A DNA stretch of 64,000 nucleotides from Synergistota bacterium (GCA_025060595.1 JANXBX010000006.1:65657-129656); one strand, 5' to 3'; shown: positions 36,257 to 46,418, counted from the first letter of the stretch. Notes: generated by a model not told the origin, from the letters alone. Program-made: numbers and translations.

Positions 36257-37960
36257 TTAAACTATAGCCTTTTTCATCTCCTCTTCAGGAACATCAAAAA
36301 CAGCGTTTGTTGGAGGAAGCGGCTCCTTATAGAAGAACTCAGCAAGTCTATCATGAGCCGGGCTTATTCCGGCTCTCACATTAAACTCCCTCTCTACCTT
36401 GAGAGTCTCGATTCCCATCTCCCATACCTGATCGACAGTAAACTTAACCCCATAACGATAATAAAGCATATCAGCAAGCAATTGAGGCTCCTTAAGAAGA
36501 GGCGGTCTAGCAAATATACAGAAACCAAGACACTCTAAGGTTGTGATTTTTATCTGAAGGTTTCTTGAAAGCTCCCCCTGCTTTTCTCTACTTAACGGAT
36601 TAACTTCATTCCTCGAACCAAAAGCGTTACCCGCAGTATGGTCAGCACCCATAGGTGATGTAGCGTAAAGCACGCCATTTCCTTTTAAAGCCCTTGGATC
36701 ATATCCAGGAATACCTTGCCCTTTTGCAACAGGCACTCTGTAGACACCTAAAACCTTCCCTGTTATTTCAACGCCATTACCCAAAACCCTACCTAGAACG
36801 GATCCTTTCCTTATCTCATCAAGGAGAACCATACAGCTTTTCTCATCACCAAACTTAGCTAAACCAGCATCTATTGCAACACCTAAAACGCCACCTATCT
36901 CTATCGTATCCATTCCGATATCGTTTATCTCCCTATTTAACCTTGCAACGGAGTCCAAATTATCAAAACCAAGATTTGAACCTACAAGAGCTATAGTCTC
37001 ATACTGTAATGTGGAAACTATCTTCTTACCACGCTCATCCGGATAGATGTTACCGCACATTATCATGCAACCAGGCATACAAGTAACACCAGTTCTACCC
37101 TCTCCGCCTCTCTTCACAACCGTTTCATAAAGAACCTCCCCACTTAAGTTCTTAGCATATTCAAAAGCACCATATCTAAAGTTCATCGTTGGAAGAGCAC
37201 CAATAGCATTTACAGCATTGACTATCTGAGCGGTTCCATATTTTTTATAAGCATCACCCGTCTTAGGATCCTCTAAAAGCGCTCTATTTATCTTCTTCGC
37301 AACCTCTAAAAAGGCATCCTTATCGTAATAAGAAACGCTTTCCTTAGAGGGCTTAACTACTATTGCTTTAATACCCTTACTCCCCATAACAGCGCCAACT
37401 CCACCCCTAGCGGCAAACTTAAGCTCCCCATTAGGATCACTCAAGGCAATAGATGCAGATCTTAACCTCATCTCCCCAGCAGGTCCAATACAGATTATCG
37501 CTACATCTTTGCCATACCTAGAATAAAGCCTTTCAACCGTAGCATAAGTTCCTAAACCCCTAAGATCGTTGGCAGACAACAGCTTGACATTATTCCCATC
37601 TATTTCCAGAAGATATAACTCCTCATCCTTAGGCAATCCTTCAATAATCAAAGCCTTTATGCCAGCCCTCGACAAGTATGTGCCGGCTAAACCTCCACTA
37701 TTAGCCTCCTTTATGCCATTCGTAAGGGGGCTTTTACAACCAACAGATATCCTACTTACGCTTGAAACTGCCGTACCACCCAATAAACCAGGAGCGATCA
37801 CAAGCTTATTAAACTCACCTAGAGGATCACAGGTAGCATCAACTTCGTCTAAAACAATTCTTGAAGTAAGCCCTCTTCCACCTAAAAATTTATAATCTTC
37901 CTTAACAGCTCCCACTCTTATCTCCTTAGTTCCAACATCCACCCTAATTATTTTGTCCAT
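36257..37960 (-). CDS. aor: Tungsten-containing aldehyde:ferredoxin oxidoreductase (AOR family)
   Basis: 567 aa. AOR N-terminal domain (MDKIIRVDVGTKEIRV...GGRGLTSRIVLDEV) and the tungstopterin-binding C-terminal domains. Confidence 0.9.
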   Translation of the reverse strand: MDKIIRVDVGTKEIRVGAVKEDYKFLGGRGLTSRIVLDEVDATCDPLGEFNKLVIAPGLLGGTAVSSVSRISVGCKSPLTNGIKEANSGGLAGTYLSRAGIKALIIEGLPKDEELYLLEIDGNNVKLLSANDLRGLGTYATVERLYSRYGKDVAIICIGPAGEMRLRSASIALSDPNGELKFAARGGVGAVMGSKGIKAIVVKPSKESVSYYDKDAFLEVAKKINRALLEDPKTGDAYKKYGTAQIVNAVNAIGALPTMNFRYGAFEYAKNLSGEVLYETVVKRGGEGRTGVTCMPGCMIMCGNIYPDERGKKIVSTLQYETIALVGSNLGFDNLDSVARLNREINDIGMDTIEIGGVLGVAIDAGLAKFGDEKSCMVLLDEIRKGSVLGRVLGNGVEITGKVLGVYRVPVAKGQGIPGYDPRALKGNGVLYATSPMGADHTAGNAFGSRNEVNPLSREKQGELSRNLQIKITTLECLGFCIFARPPLLKEPQLLADMLYYRYGVKFTVDQVWEMGIETLKVEREFNVRAGISPAHDRLAEFFYKEPLPPTNAVFDVPEEEMKKAIV

Positions 37961-38207
37961 TCTTTTAATCCCCCCTTACTCAACCTAAGTGTGCCTGTTG
38001 AGAGCTTCATATCATCCGCGATTACTTGTCAATTTAAAGTTAACATATTTTGGTTTCAATGTCAAGCTATCATTTAGATCAAAGTATTGATATTCATTAT
38101 GAACATTTTTGTTCTCATGATTTATTATATTTAATGTTCTCTATAAAGCAACTCAGTTTCATAAAAAGTAAAACAATCTCTCAAAGCTTTCTGATATAAT
38201 CATTCTT

Positions 38208-38681
38208 ATGAGGAAAGGGCTAACGCTAATAGAGCTTCTTATAGCCTTAGCTATAGCAGCATTAATAGGTGGAACTCTCCTAGGGCTACTTATGGGGGCT
38301 ACAAGAAGCAGAGAGTTTTCAGAAAATGTCGCTTTAGAAAACCAGATAGTAAGGGGAATTTTAGAACTACTTTACTCCGATCTAAGAGCGTCTTTTCAAA
38401 TTAAGACGGGTTTAAACTTTGTAGGAGAAAAGACGAGGCTATCTTTCCTAAAAGCTGGAAGAAACGGATTAGAAAAGGTCGACTACGAACTAAAGGATGG
38501 AAAGCTTTTAAGAAATAATGAGGTTTTGTTGGAAGATGGTAGTTTTGGCATATCTTTTAAATTCATCAAGGATAAGAAATATATGGAGGTTTGGGAAGTT
38601 CAGGGAGATAAACCTGATGCAGTCGAAGTCGAGATAAAATATAGGGGAGCAAGTTATAAGAGGCTTATCTTAACCTATTAA
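38208..38681 (+). CDS. Prepilin-type N-terminal cleavage / methylation domain protein (type IV pilin or pseudopilin)
   Basis: MRKGLTLIELLIALAIAALIGG is the class III signal peptide with G/TLIELL. 157 aa. Confidence 0.8.
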   Translation: MRKGLTLIELLIALAIAALIGGTLLGLLMGATRSREFSENVALENQIVRGILELLYSDLRASFQIKTGLNFVGEKTRLSFLKAGRNGLEKVDYELKDGKLLRNNEVLLEDGSFGISFKFIKDKKYMEVWEVQGDKPDAVEVEIKYRGASYKRLILTY

Positions 38682-38694
38682 GGAGGGGATATAT

Positions 38695-40872
38695 TTGAAA
38701 ACGACATTAAAGATGATACTTATTGCATCCTTGATTTTATTTCCCGGATACGCTTGGGGGATAGCAAATTGGACAGTAATGATTTACATGGCAGCGGATA
38801 ACGATCTAGAATATTATGCTTTAAATGATTTTTTAGAGCTTTCATCAGTAGGCTCAAGCACAAACGTTAAAATAGTGGTCCAGCTTGACAGAGGTGGATA
38901 CGATTCAAGATATGGGGCTTGGACTAAAGCCCATAGGTTTTACGTAACTAGAGGAATGACCCCAACTGAAGGTAATGCAATCTCAAATTGGGGAGATGGA
39001 AAGGGTGGAAGAGAGATAAATACGGGAGATCCAGGAGAGCTTAAGAAGTTTGTAGAATGGGCAATAACTAACTATCCAGCAAATAATTACCTTCTTGTGC
39101 TATGGAATCACGGACAAGGTTGGAAAAACAAAAGCGAAAAGGAAGGAAAAGAGCCCACCAAGTGGATTTTCTACGATGATACCAGCGACGATGTATTATG
39201 GATGTTTGAGTTGAAAGAGGCATTAAAAGGAAAGAGATTAAGCATAGTCGCAATGGATGCCTGTTTAATGGGAACTATAGAAGCTATGACCGAGCTTCTC
39301 GGAATAGCAGATTATTTCGTAGGTTCGGAAGCAGAGGTACCCGCAAATGGACTACCCTACAACACGATAATGAGCTCCCTTTTATCTAATCCGTCGATGA
39401 CACCAAGGAGCTTATGCGAGATTATAGTGGAAAAATATGGAGACTTTTATAAAAGTAGCGTCCTTCCAGTGACCATCTCAGCAATAGATATGAGTAAGTT
39501 AAACCAAGTTATAGAGGCATTAGATAATTTCGTAGAGGGAACGATTTCAAGAAAGGACTGGAACTCCATTAAAAACGCAAGAAGCAGCGTTTTAAGTTTT
39601 CCGTATGAAGAAGATTATAGATATCAAATCGACTTGGGAAACTTCACCAGTGACCCGAGCCTTAAGAGCGCAATAGGAAACGCGGTTTTCAAGAAATATA
39701 ACTCTTCAGAGTTAAGCAATGCTTCAGGAATATCTATATACTTTCCCCAAGGAAGAGAGTACAATCCTTTCTATAGCGATACAAGAAGAACGTTCTTAAG
39801 CCTGTCCAAATGGAATAACCTGCTTAAGGAATACCTGAAAGGAACAGCGCCTCGAGCCGATATCCCAAAAAGCGATGTTAAACCTAATATAGATGGAATA
39901 ATAAAAGGAAATGAGTGGGAAGACGCATATATTATAGAAAAGGAAGGAGTTAAGATTTACCTAAAGTGCGATGAAAAATATATTTATATAGCCGTAGATG
40001 ATATAAAAGACTCTACGCTCAACATAAACGATAGGGTAGGAATATACTTTGATACAAATGGAGATTGGAGCTGGCCTCAGAGCAGGGGTAACGAAGGTAA
40101 CTATTGGATCAGATACGATGGAACAAAGTGGGAGGGAGTTTTTAGAGCCATCTGGGGCAATTCTGGGATGCCAAACTCCGATGAAAACTATGAAAGTCTC
40201 TCAAGCAACGAACTTACCTTTGCGACGTCTCTCTCTACAGGACATTTGGTTTACGAAATAAGGATAGATTATACCCTAAGATGGAAGGCAAATCCTGGTG
40301 ATGAGGTCCATCTTTACATATTTGCTTATGATGGAGGAAAAAATCAGGACGATATTTGCTGGCCACAAGATTTAACAGGCATTGACTATGGACATCTTTC
40401 TCCCCTTAATTATGGAACGGTCAAGCTCGGTGAAAGGATAGAAATCCCATCGATAGAAGTAAAACCAGAGGAAATAGACTTCGGAGAAGTTAAAGTGGAT
40501 AAAACCGAAACCAGAAATATAACGGTTAAAAACGTGGGAACAGGAACATTATTTGTAGAAGCGAGCTTAGAGGGGAAGGGTTCTTCAAGCTTCTCCATAT
40601 CTCCCGCAAGCTTAGCTCTTTCTCCAGGGGAATCAGGTAATATAAGCGTATCCTTCAAACCAAAGAGGGATGAAAGCTATACCGCCTACGTAGTCATCCG
40701 AAGCAACGATCCCTTAAAAGACACCTGTTATGTCTACCTAAGAGGAGAAGGTAAAGAAGAGATCTGGCTTTTAGGGGGATGTACAGCGTCTGGGTGTGAA
40801 AACGGGCTTTCCTACCTTCTTTTCTTAATACCTCTATTCTTAATAGGCTCCCTTTCCAAGAAGGACAACTAA
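38695..40872 (+). CDS. Clostripain-like cysteine peptidase (family C11) with a C-terminal Ig-like / choice-of-anchor-D-like domain and a putative sorting tail
   Basis: Signal peptide, then the C11 hallmark WTVMIYMAADNDLE and the catalytic region SIVAMDACLMG. C-terminal beta domain (ITVKNVGTGTLFVEASLEG...YVVIRSNDP). The tail GGCTASGCENGLSYLLFLIPLFLIGSLSKKDN is a hydrophobic helix followed by a basic end. Confidence 0.75.
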   Translation: MKTTLKMILIASLILFPGYAWGIANWTVMIYMAADNDLEYYALNDFLELSSVGSSTNVKIVVQLDRGGYDSRYGAWTKAHRFYVTRGMTPTEGNAISNWGDGKGGREINTGDPGELKKFVEWAITNYPANNYLLVLWNHGQGWKNKSEKEGKEPTKWIFYDDTSDDVLWMFELKEALKGKRLSIVAMDACLMGTIEAMTELLGIADYFVGSEAEVPANGLPYNTIMSSLLSNPSMTPRSLCEIIVEKYGDFYKSSVLPVTISAIDMSKLNQVIEALDNFVEGTISRKDWNSIKNARSSVLSFPYEEDYRYQIDLGNFTSDPSLKSAIGNAVFKKYNSSELSNASGISIYFPQGREYNPFYSDTRRTFLSLSKWNNLLKEYLKGTAPRADIPKSDVKPNIDGIIKGNEWEDAYIIEKEGVKIYLKCDEKYIYIAVDDIKDSTLNINDRVGIYFDTNGDWSWPQSRGNEGNYWIRYDGTKWEGVFRAIWGNSGMPNSDENYESLSSNELTFATSLSTGHLVYEIRIDYTLRWKANPGDEVHLYIFAYDGGKNQDDICWPQDLTGIDYGHLSPLNYGTVKLGERIEIPSIEVKPEEIDFGEVKVDKTETRNITVKNVGTGTLFVEASLEGKGSSSFSISPASLALSPGESGNISVSFKPKRDESYTAYVVIRSNDPLKDTCYVYLRGEGKEEIWLLGGCTASGCENGLSYLLFLIPLFLIGSLSKKDN

Positions 40873-42246
40873 GAGTGTCCTGATTATTATCTTCAAGTCA
40901 AGCCATAAGGACCAATTTTGTATGTAGTACGCATCAAGGCGCAGCCTCTCCTCGAAAGTGGTGAGGTTGCGCCCGCTTATCTGCCAAAGCCCCGTTATCC
41001 CAGGTTTAACCTCCAATATTACGTCAAAGTAGTCCCCTATTTTCTCCCTTTCCCTTGGAAGATAAGGTCTCGGCCCAACTATACTCATCTCTCCCCTAAG
41101 AACGTTCCAGAGCTGAGGAAGCTCATCGAAGCTCCATCTCCTCAAAAACCTCCCAACCCTTGTAAGTCTTGGATCATGTCCCCTTAGTTTAGCAAACTTT
41201 TCCCACTCCTCTCGGGCCATTGGATTCTCTTTAAGATATTTCTCAAGGATATCGTCAGCGTTAAGGTACATGGTCCTAAATTTATAACAAGGAAATGTAG
41301 TACCTCCCTTACCAAGTCTTGGTGCTACATACAAAGCAGGACCAGGAGAGTCAATTTTAATTAATATAGATATAAGTAGAAGTATAGGGGATAAGATTAC
41401 CAAAGCAGGGATAGATATAAGAAGATCGAAAGCCCTCTTTACTAAGGCATTCCAACCCTTTATGAGGTTTCTTTTTATTTCTATAAGAAATAGACCCTCT
41501 ACCTCCTCAAGGCGAACAGAGGCAGAGGAAAGCCCATAAATGTCCGGAACAACTTTAACTGGAACGTTAAGTCGCCCGCATCTTAGGGCTATAGAGTTAA
41601 GGCCGTTACGACTCAGGGATGGAACAGCAATGATGACCATGTCAACCCTTCTCTCATTAATGATCCTTTCTATGTCCTCTAAACCCCCTAAAACAGGAAG
41701 ACCTTCAACAACATCTTCAAAAGCTTCATTATCAATAAAACCGATAGCTTCGTATCCCCAAAGCGGGTATTTCCTCAGCTTAGACAATATTAACTTGCCT
41801 GTCTCTCCTGCTCCAACTATTAGAGTTTGTTTTCTAAAAAGCCCGATCTTCAAAGAAAGATATCTTATTAAGTATCTCACATAGAAGATCACCGGCAAAG
41901 ATATCAAGAAAGAAAGCAATACGACAACTCGAGAAAACTCAAGAAGCCTATAAAGAAAGCTGAAAGAGAGGAATAAAAGAGCGGTTATAAATGTAGCCTT
42001 ACCTATATAAAAAAGCTCATCTAATGGATCTAAGAAGGACTCCACGTATAGACCTTCCCATGCTAGGGCTAATATCCAGATTAAAAGAATAAAAGGTATT
42101 ATATCAAGATATGCCCCCCATGGAACAGCTCCCCCTACGAAGAAACCTTTTAAAACCTCATGCCTTAAAAGATAAGATAAAACGAAGGATAAAAGTATAG
42201 CAAAAGCATCACCGATCAAAAGAAGCATAGGGAAAATTTTTCTCAA
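40840..42246 (-). CDS. Undecaprenyl-phosphate sugar phosphotransferase (WbaP / EpsB-type bacterial sugar transferase)
   Basis: 468 aa. N-terminal TM block. C-terminal PF02397-type domain (FDELPQLWNVLRGEMSIVGPRP). Confidence 0.85.
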   Translation of the reverse strand: MRKIFPMLLLIGDAFAILLSFVLSYLLRHEVLKGFFVGGAVPWGAYLDIIPFILLIWILALAWEGLYVESFLDPLDELFYIGKATFITALLFLSFSFLYRLLEFSRVVVLLSFLISLPVIFYVRYLIRYLSLKIGLFRKQTLIVGAGETGKLILSKLRKYPLWGYEAIGFIDNEAFEDVVEGLPVLGGLEDIERIINERRVDMVIIAVPSLSRNGLNSIALRCGRLNVPVKVVPDIYGLSSASVRLEEVEGLFLIEIKRNLIKGWNALVKRAFDLLISIPALVILSPILLLISILIKIDSPGPALYVAPRLGKGGTTFPCYKFRTMYLNADDILEKYLKENPMAREEWEKFAKLRGHDPRLTRVGRFLRRWSFDELPQLWNVLRGEMSIVGPRPYLPREREKIGDYFDVILEVKPGITGLWQISGRNLTTFEERLRLDAYYIQNWSLWLDLKIIIRTLLVVLLGKGAY

Positions 42247-43322
42247 CTTTTCACCACCTCTAAATAAAGCGAGGAAAGCTTTTCTATCAAAACTTCAAGG
42301 GAAAATTCCCTTTCAACCCTTCTTCTACCCTGTATTCCCATCTTTAACCTTAAATCCCTATTCTCTATAAGCCTTCTAAGGTAAAGAACTAGCTCATTTT
42401 CGTCTTTGCCCACAAAGCCCGTTTCCCCATGGATAACTACATCCCTATTTCCAACCACATCAGTCGCAACAACAGGTTTAGAGCAGGCCATAGCCTCAAG
42501 CACAGCTATAGGCATACCTTCCCATAAAGATGTCTGAAGATATATATCTATGCCTTTAAGATAAGATATAGCCTCTTTTCTACTAAGCCAGCCTAAAACC
42601 TTTACGGGAGAGCTTTTAATCTCGTCTTCAAGTTCTCCTCCGCCTATCCACAAAAACTCAACTAAAGGAGAGGAAAGTTTACAAGCTATGTTCTTAAAAA
42701 GCCATGGAGCTCTCGCATAAGTCACTCTACCAACGATAGCTACTCTAATTTTATCCTCATTAAAGATATGAGGTGGAATTTCGTCTATCTCCTCAAGGTC
42801 GATAGCGTTATTCAAAAGCTTCGCTTTAAGCGAAAGCTTCTTAGCTTCAGCGAGCTCACTAAGCGAACACGCGAGTATTACCCCCCCAAATGAAGCGGCT
42901 ATCTTCTCAAGATAGAAAAATAGAGCTCTTTTCCATACAGAGACATCTTTCATTAAGAAAGAAAAACCCCTTGGAGAGTAAAAAACCCTCTTCCTCCGGA
43001 GAAGAAAAGCAGCAAGCCTTCCTAAAAATCCAGCTTTAGAAGAGTGAAGGTGAATTATATGAGGATCATATCTTTTTATCAACTTAATCAAACCAAAGAG
43101 AGCCTTTAAATCCGCAATAGGAGAGATTTCCCTTGTCATTGGAAGATATATCTTTTTTACATCTTCTCTGATAAGAGACTCCCAATTAGAAGGGGTTTCC
43201 TTTCTTAAGGAATAAATGAGATAAACTTCGAAAAGATCACGAGGAAGATTATTACATATCTGCCTTACCGATTGAAAGACCCCTCCGCCGAAGGACTCAA
43301 CTACCTGAAATACTCTATACAT
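42243..43322 (-). CDS. Glycosyltransferase family 4 (GT-B fold)
   Basis: 359 aa. The C-terminal EGMPIAVLEAMACSKPVVATDVVGNRDVV...GETGF matches the GT4 motif. Confidence 0.75.
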   Translation of the reverse strand: MYRVFQVVESFGGGVFQSVRQICNNLPRDLFEVYLIYSLRKETPSNWESLIREDVKKIYLPMTREISPIADLKALFGLIKLIKRYDPHIIHLHSSKAGFLGRLAAFLLRRKRVFYSPRGFSFLMKDVSVWKRALFFYLEKIAASFGGVILACSLSELAEAKKLSLKAKLLNNAIDLEEIDEIPPHIFNEDKIRVAIVGRVTYARAPWLFKNIACKLSSPLVEFLWIGGGELEDEIKSSPVKVLGWLSRKEAISYLKGIDIYLQTSLWEGMPIAVLEAMACSKPVVATDVVGNRDVVIHGETGFVGKDENELVLYLRRLIENRDLRLKMGIQGRRRVEREFSLEVLIEKLSSLYLEVVKS

Positions 43323-43355
43323 TACAACAATAATTTTATCAGATTAAAAATTTTT

Positions 43356-43385
43356 GGGGTAGAGGGCGGGAGCACCCCCTACCCC
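43356..43385 (-). terminator. Possible terminator at the end of the lys/arg operon
   Basis: GC hairpin ggggtagaggg...cccctacccc with flanking A/T runs. It is less canonical than the other terminators. Confidence 0.3.
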
Positions 43386-43391
43386 ATCTAT

Positions 43392-44429
43392 CTATAGGGT
43401 GGGAGGAATGGAGCTCAAAACATCCTTCAATATCTCAATGGAAATAAGATATTCCTTCAAATTTATGTGCTCTCTCGGAGTGTGATCAAGGGAGCTATCA
43501 CCAGGGCCATAAGCCACTGAAGGACAACCCCAAGCCGGAGCAAGCAAGTTCATATCGGCTGTACCGCTCTTCATCTTATGCTTCGGAGTTAAGCCTCTTC
43601 TTCTTATAGCCCTGTTAAAGGCTGAAACTAAAGGATTGCTTCTGTCACACTTATAAGCTTTAGCCTTAAAGTGTGGTACCCAACCATCGCCTAATATATT
43701 AAGAAGATCATCGGGATCAAGCCACAAGGGAAGCCTAAAGGAGATCCCCAGGTCAAGCCTTTCAAACAAACCATCGCTAAAAGATCTTATTTCCCTAACC
43801 TTTATATCAACCCTATCTATAGAGCCATCTCTACCTTCGTTTAACCCTTCTAAAAGCTTAGATATATCATTTAGGCTCCTTAAACCTTCCTCTATAGCTC
43901 CATCGTTTCCAGAAGCAGGGTGAGAAACCTCAGAGATAAAGCTCTTCTTTATAAACAATGAGCCCTTGTATCCTAATGTAACTCCATCAATACCGCTCGG
44001 CTCACCTATTATTAGATAAGAGGGTGGCTTTGAAACCTTCTTTAAAAGATGAAGAGCTCCTGTCGATGGTCCCTCCTCTTCAACTGCACCAACTACTACA
44101 AGCTTAAGATGCTCAGGAATAGAAACCTCAGAAGCAGCCACTATAAAGGCTGCTAACGGACCTTTTGCATCAACACTTCCCCTACCATAAAGAAGATCAC
44201 CATCGATTCTCGGCTCTATCCATCCAGGAGCTGTATCCATATGTCCCACAAGATAAACCTCGGTTTGCCCTTTACCACGAACAGCGATAAAGTTTCCTAC
44301 CTCATCCAAATAAGCTTCATCAAAATTAAGATTCTTTGAAGCATCAAGTAAAAACTCACCTATTTCCTTTTCCTCTCCAGCGAAGCTTTTTATCTCAACC
44401 ATCCTGCGAAGAAGCTCTATCGGACACAT
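43392..44429 (-). CDS. lysK: [LysW]-lysine/ornithine hydrolase (LysK / ArgE-like M20 peptidase)
   Basis: M20 motifs (VYLVGHMDTAP...GSVDAKGPLAA). Last gene of the LysW operon. Confidence 0.7.
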   Translation of the reverse strand: MCPIELLRRMVEIKSFAGEEKEIGEFLLDASKNLNFDEAYLDEVGNFIAVRGKGQTEVYLVGHMDTAPGWIEPRIDGDLLYGRGSVDAKGPLAAFIVAASEVSIPEHLKLVVVGAVEEEGPSTGALHLLKKVSKPPSYLIIGEPSGIDGVTLGYKGSLFIKKSFISEVSHPASGNDGAIEEGLRSLNDISKLLEGLNEGRDGSIDRVDIKVREIRSFSDGLFERLDLGISFRLPLWLDPDDLLNILGDGWVPHFKAKAYKCDRSNPLVSAFNRAIRRRGLTPKHKMKSGTADMNLLAPAWGCPSVAYGPGDSSLDHTPREHINLKEYLISIEILKDVLSSIPPTL

Positions 44430-45597
44430 CTCTTGAAAGCACCCTCCTAACTTTATCTACGACAAAAAGGATTTCCTCCTCACTTATAACAAGAGGAGGA
44501 AGAAACCTCATTACAGTAGGCCCAGCTTGAAGGGCTAAAACCCCTTCTTCAGCCAGAGCCTTAAGGTAAGGGGCGCTCCTTTTCTTTAACTCGATACCTA
44601 TCATTAAACCTAAACCCCTTACATCTTTAACAAAGGGGGAATCTATGCTTTTCAATCCATCGATAAATAAACCACCTAATTTTTCAGCCCTTTTGTCGAG
44701 GACCTTCTCTCTCATAAACCTTATTGCCGCCCTCGCAGCAGCACATGAAAGAGGATTTCCGCCAAAGGTCGAACCATGGGTTCTAGATGGTACTTTGCCT
44801 AAAGACTCTCTCATTACGACTGCACCTATAGGAAGACCTCCTGCCATACCTTTAGCTAAACAAACCATATCAGGGGAAAGATCATGCCACTGGAAACCGA
44901 AGAACTTACCGGTTCTACAGAAACCAGTTTGAATTTCATCAGATATAAATAAAGCCCCTTTACTTTTACAAAGATCCTGAGCAAATCTTAAAAACCCCCC
45001 ACTTATAGGGTAAACCCCTCCTTCACCCTGAACGGGCTCGAATATAAACGCTGCAGTATCTTCATCTATCGCCTTCTCAAGCTCTTCCCCATTCTCTGGT
45101 TCCACGTGAACAAAACCCGGAACCAACGGTTCAAAAGGCTCTCTATATTTAGGATTCCAAGTAGCGCTTAAGGCCCCAAAGGTTCTTCCATGAAAACCCC
45201 TTTTCAAAGCAACTATCTTCTTTCTCCCTGTTAGAAGTCTCGCAAACTTTATAGCCGCTTCAATAGCCTCTGTACCACTGTTACATAAAAAAACGCTACC
45301 CATATACTCCGGCATAACATCAAGAAGCTCTTTATAAAGAAGGGCTCTCTCCTCATGATAAAAAGTTTCGGAGCAAACTATAAGTTTTTTAGCCTGCGTT
45401 TCTATAGCTTCAAGAACATAAGGATTAGCATGCCCTACTATGCCTACCCCGTGCCCTCCAACACAATCTATATATTCCCTCCCCTGATCATCCCAAACTC
45501 TAGCTCCCTCTCCCCTAACTAACCTCAAGGGCACCTTGGGATATACTCCACTTCCATACTTCTCTTCCAGCTCTATCAGATTCAAGGTTAAGCTCAC
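44395..45597 (-). CDS. lysJ: [LysW]-aminoadipate semialdehyde / acetylornithine aminotransferase (LysJ / ArgD), PLP-dependent class III
   Basis: 400 aa. Class III aminotransferase motifs (DCVGGHGVGIVGH..., LIFDEIQTGFCRTG, CLAKGMAGGLP). Confidence 0.85.
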   Translation of the reverse strand: MSLTLNLIELEEKYGSGVYPKVPLRLVRGEGARVWDDQGREYIDCVGGHGVGIVGHANPYVLEAIETQAKKLIVCSETFYHEERALLYKELLDVMPEYMGSVFLCNSGTEAIEAAIKFARLLTGRKKIVALKRGFHGRTFGALSATWNPKYREPFEPLVPGFVHVEPENGEELEKAIDEDTAAFIFEPVQGEGGVYPISGGFLRFAQDLCKSKGALFISDEIQTGFCRTGKFFGFQWHDLSPDMVCLAKGMAGGLPIGAVVMRESLGKVPSRTHGSTFGGNPLSCAAARAAIRFMREKVLDKRAEKLGGLFIDGLKSIDSPFVKDVRGLGLMIGIELKKRSAPYLKALAEEGVLALQAGPTVMRFLPPLVISEEEILFVVDKVRRVLSRDVSDRASSQDG

Positions 45598-46414
45598 TCC
45601 TTCCTCTAAATATGGTTCCTTTACCCTGGAGAGCTGATATAATCGGGCTCTCGATACAACCAGAGGCTATTACACCTTCCCTGACTCCTCCTCTAACAGC
45701 TTCAAACAATGCCATCACCTTTTTCTTCATTCTACCTTTGGCTATCTGAAGTATCTCCTCTTCCATGTCAAGAGAAACCTCTTGAATTAAGCTTTCAGGA
45801 TCACTTAAATCCCTTAAGAGGCCTGGCACATCCGAGAGAATAACCAAGCTTTCACTTCCTAAGGACAAAGCTATCTTTGATGCAAGGGTATCTCCATCAA
45901 CGTTAAGGAGCTCTCCATTAAAGCCAAAGGCCAAGGGAGCTACTACAGGAACAAAACCCATATTTAAAAGCTCCCTTAAGAAAGAATCGTTAATCCTCTC
46001 TATCTTGCCGGAGTAGTCATCTTTTATAACCTTAACCTTCCCATCAGGTGTAAGAGCCTTTATAATCTTCCTCTCGGCTTCAATCAGCCTACCATCGGCT
46101 CCGCTTAAACCTATAGCTTGAACCCCTATGCTTTGAAGCTGAGCAACAAGAAATCTGTTTATCTTTCCAGCACACGCCATAACAAAGACTTCAAGAACCT
46201 CTTTCGTCGTTCTTCTGCTTTCAAACCCAGAAGGAGAAACCACCTTTTCTACCTCGACACCTAGCTTCCTTGATAGCTCATTTGTAGCCTCACCACCGCC
46301 ATGGACTATAACAAGCTTTTCACCCATATCATAAAGCCTTTTAATATCACTGCATACATTTTTGAAATTCCCATTCAGGCTTCCACCTATCTTTAAAACT
46401 ATCAAAAACTTCAC
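45515..46414 (-). CDS. lysZ: [LysW]-aminoadipate / acetylglutamate kinase (LysZ / ArgB)
   Basis: Amino-acid kinase fold (LIVLKIGGS...VIVHGGG). The likely start is the GTG at 46412-46414, preceded by AGGGGG. The ORF-track start further upstream is an in-frame extension. Confidence 0.8.
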   Translation of the reverse strand: MKFLIVLKIGGSLNGNFKNVCSDIKRLYDMGEKLVIVHGGGEATNELSRKLGVEVEKVVSPSGFESRRTTKEVLEVFVMACAGKINRFLVAQLQSIGVQAIGLSGADGRLIEAERKIIKALTPDGKVKVIKDDYSGKIERINDSFLRELLNMGFVPVVAPLAFGFNGELLNVDGDTLASKIALSLGSESLVILSDVPGLLRDLSDPESLIQEVSLDMEEEILQIAKGRMKKKVMALFEAVRGGVREGVIASGCIESPIISALQGKGTIFRGRSELNLESDRAGREVWKWSISQGALEVS

Positions 46415-46418
46415 CCCC

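Noticed and set aside
35650-36538. 155-aa and 147-aa plus-strand ORFs overlapping the cupin, MoaD-like and AOR genes
   Set aside because: They are antisense to three co-linear, well-supported genes. The amino-acid composition is implausible, with many Tyr, Leu, Ser and Asn.
45515-45597. ORF-track extension of lysZ upstream of the GTG at 46414 (MYLFIPFRG...)
   Set aside because: The conserved kinase N-terminus begins at VKFLIVLKIGGS, which follows an AGGGGG ribosome-binding site. The upstream extension overlaps the lysY 3' end and is not conserved-looking.
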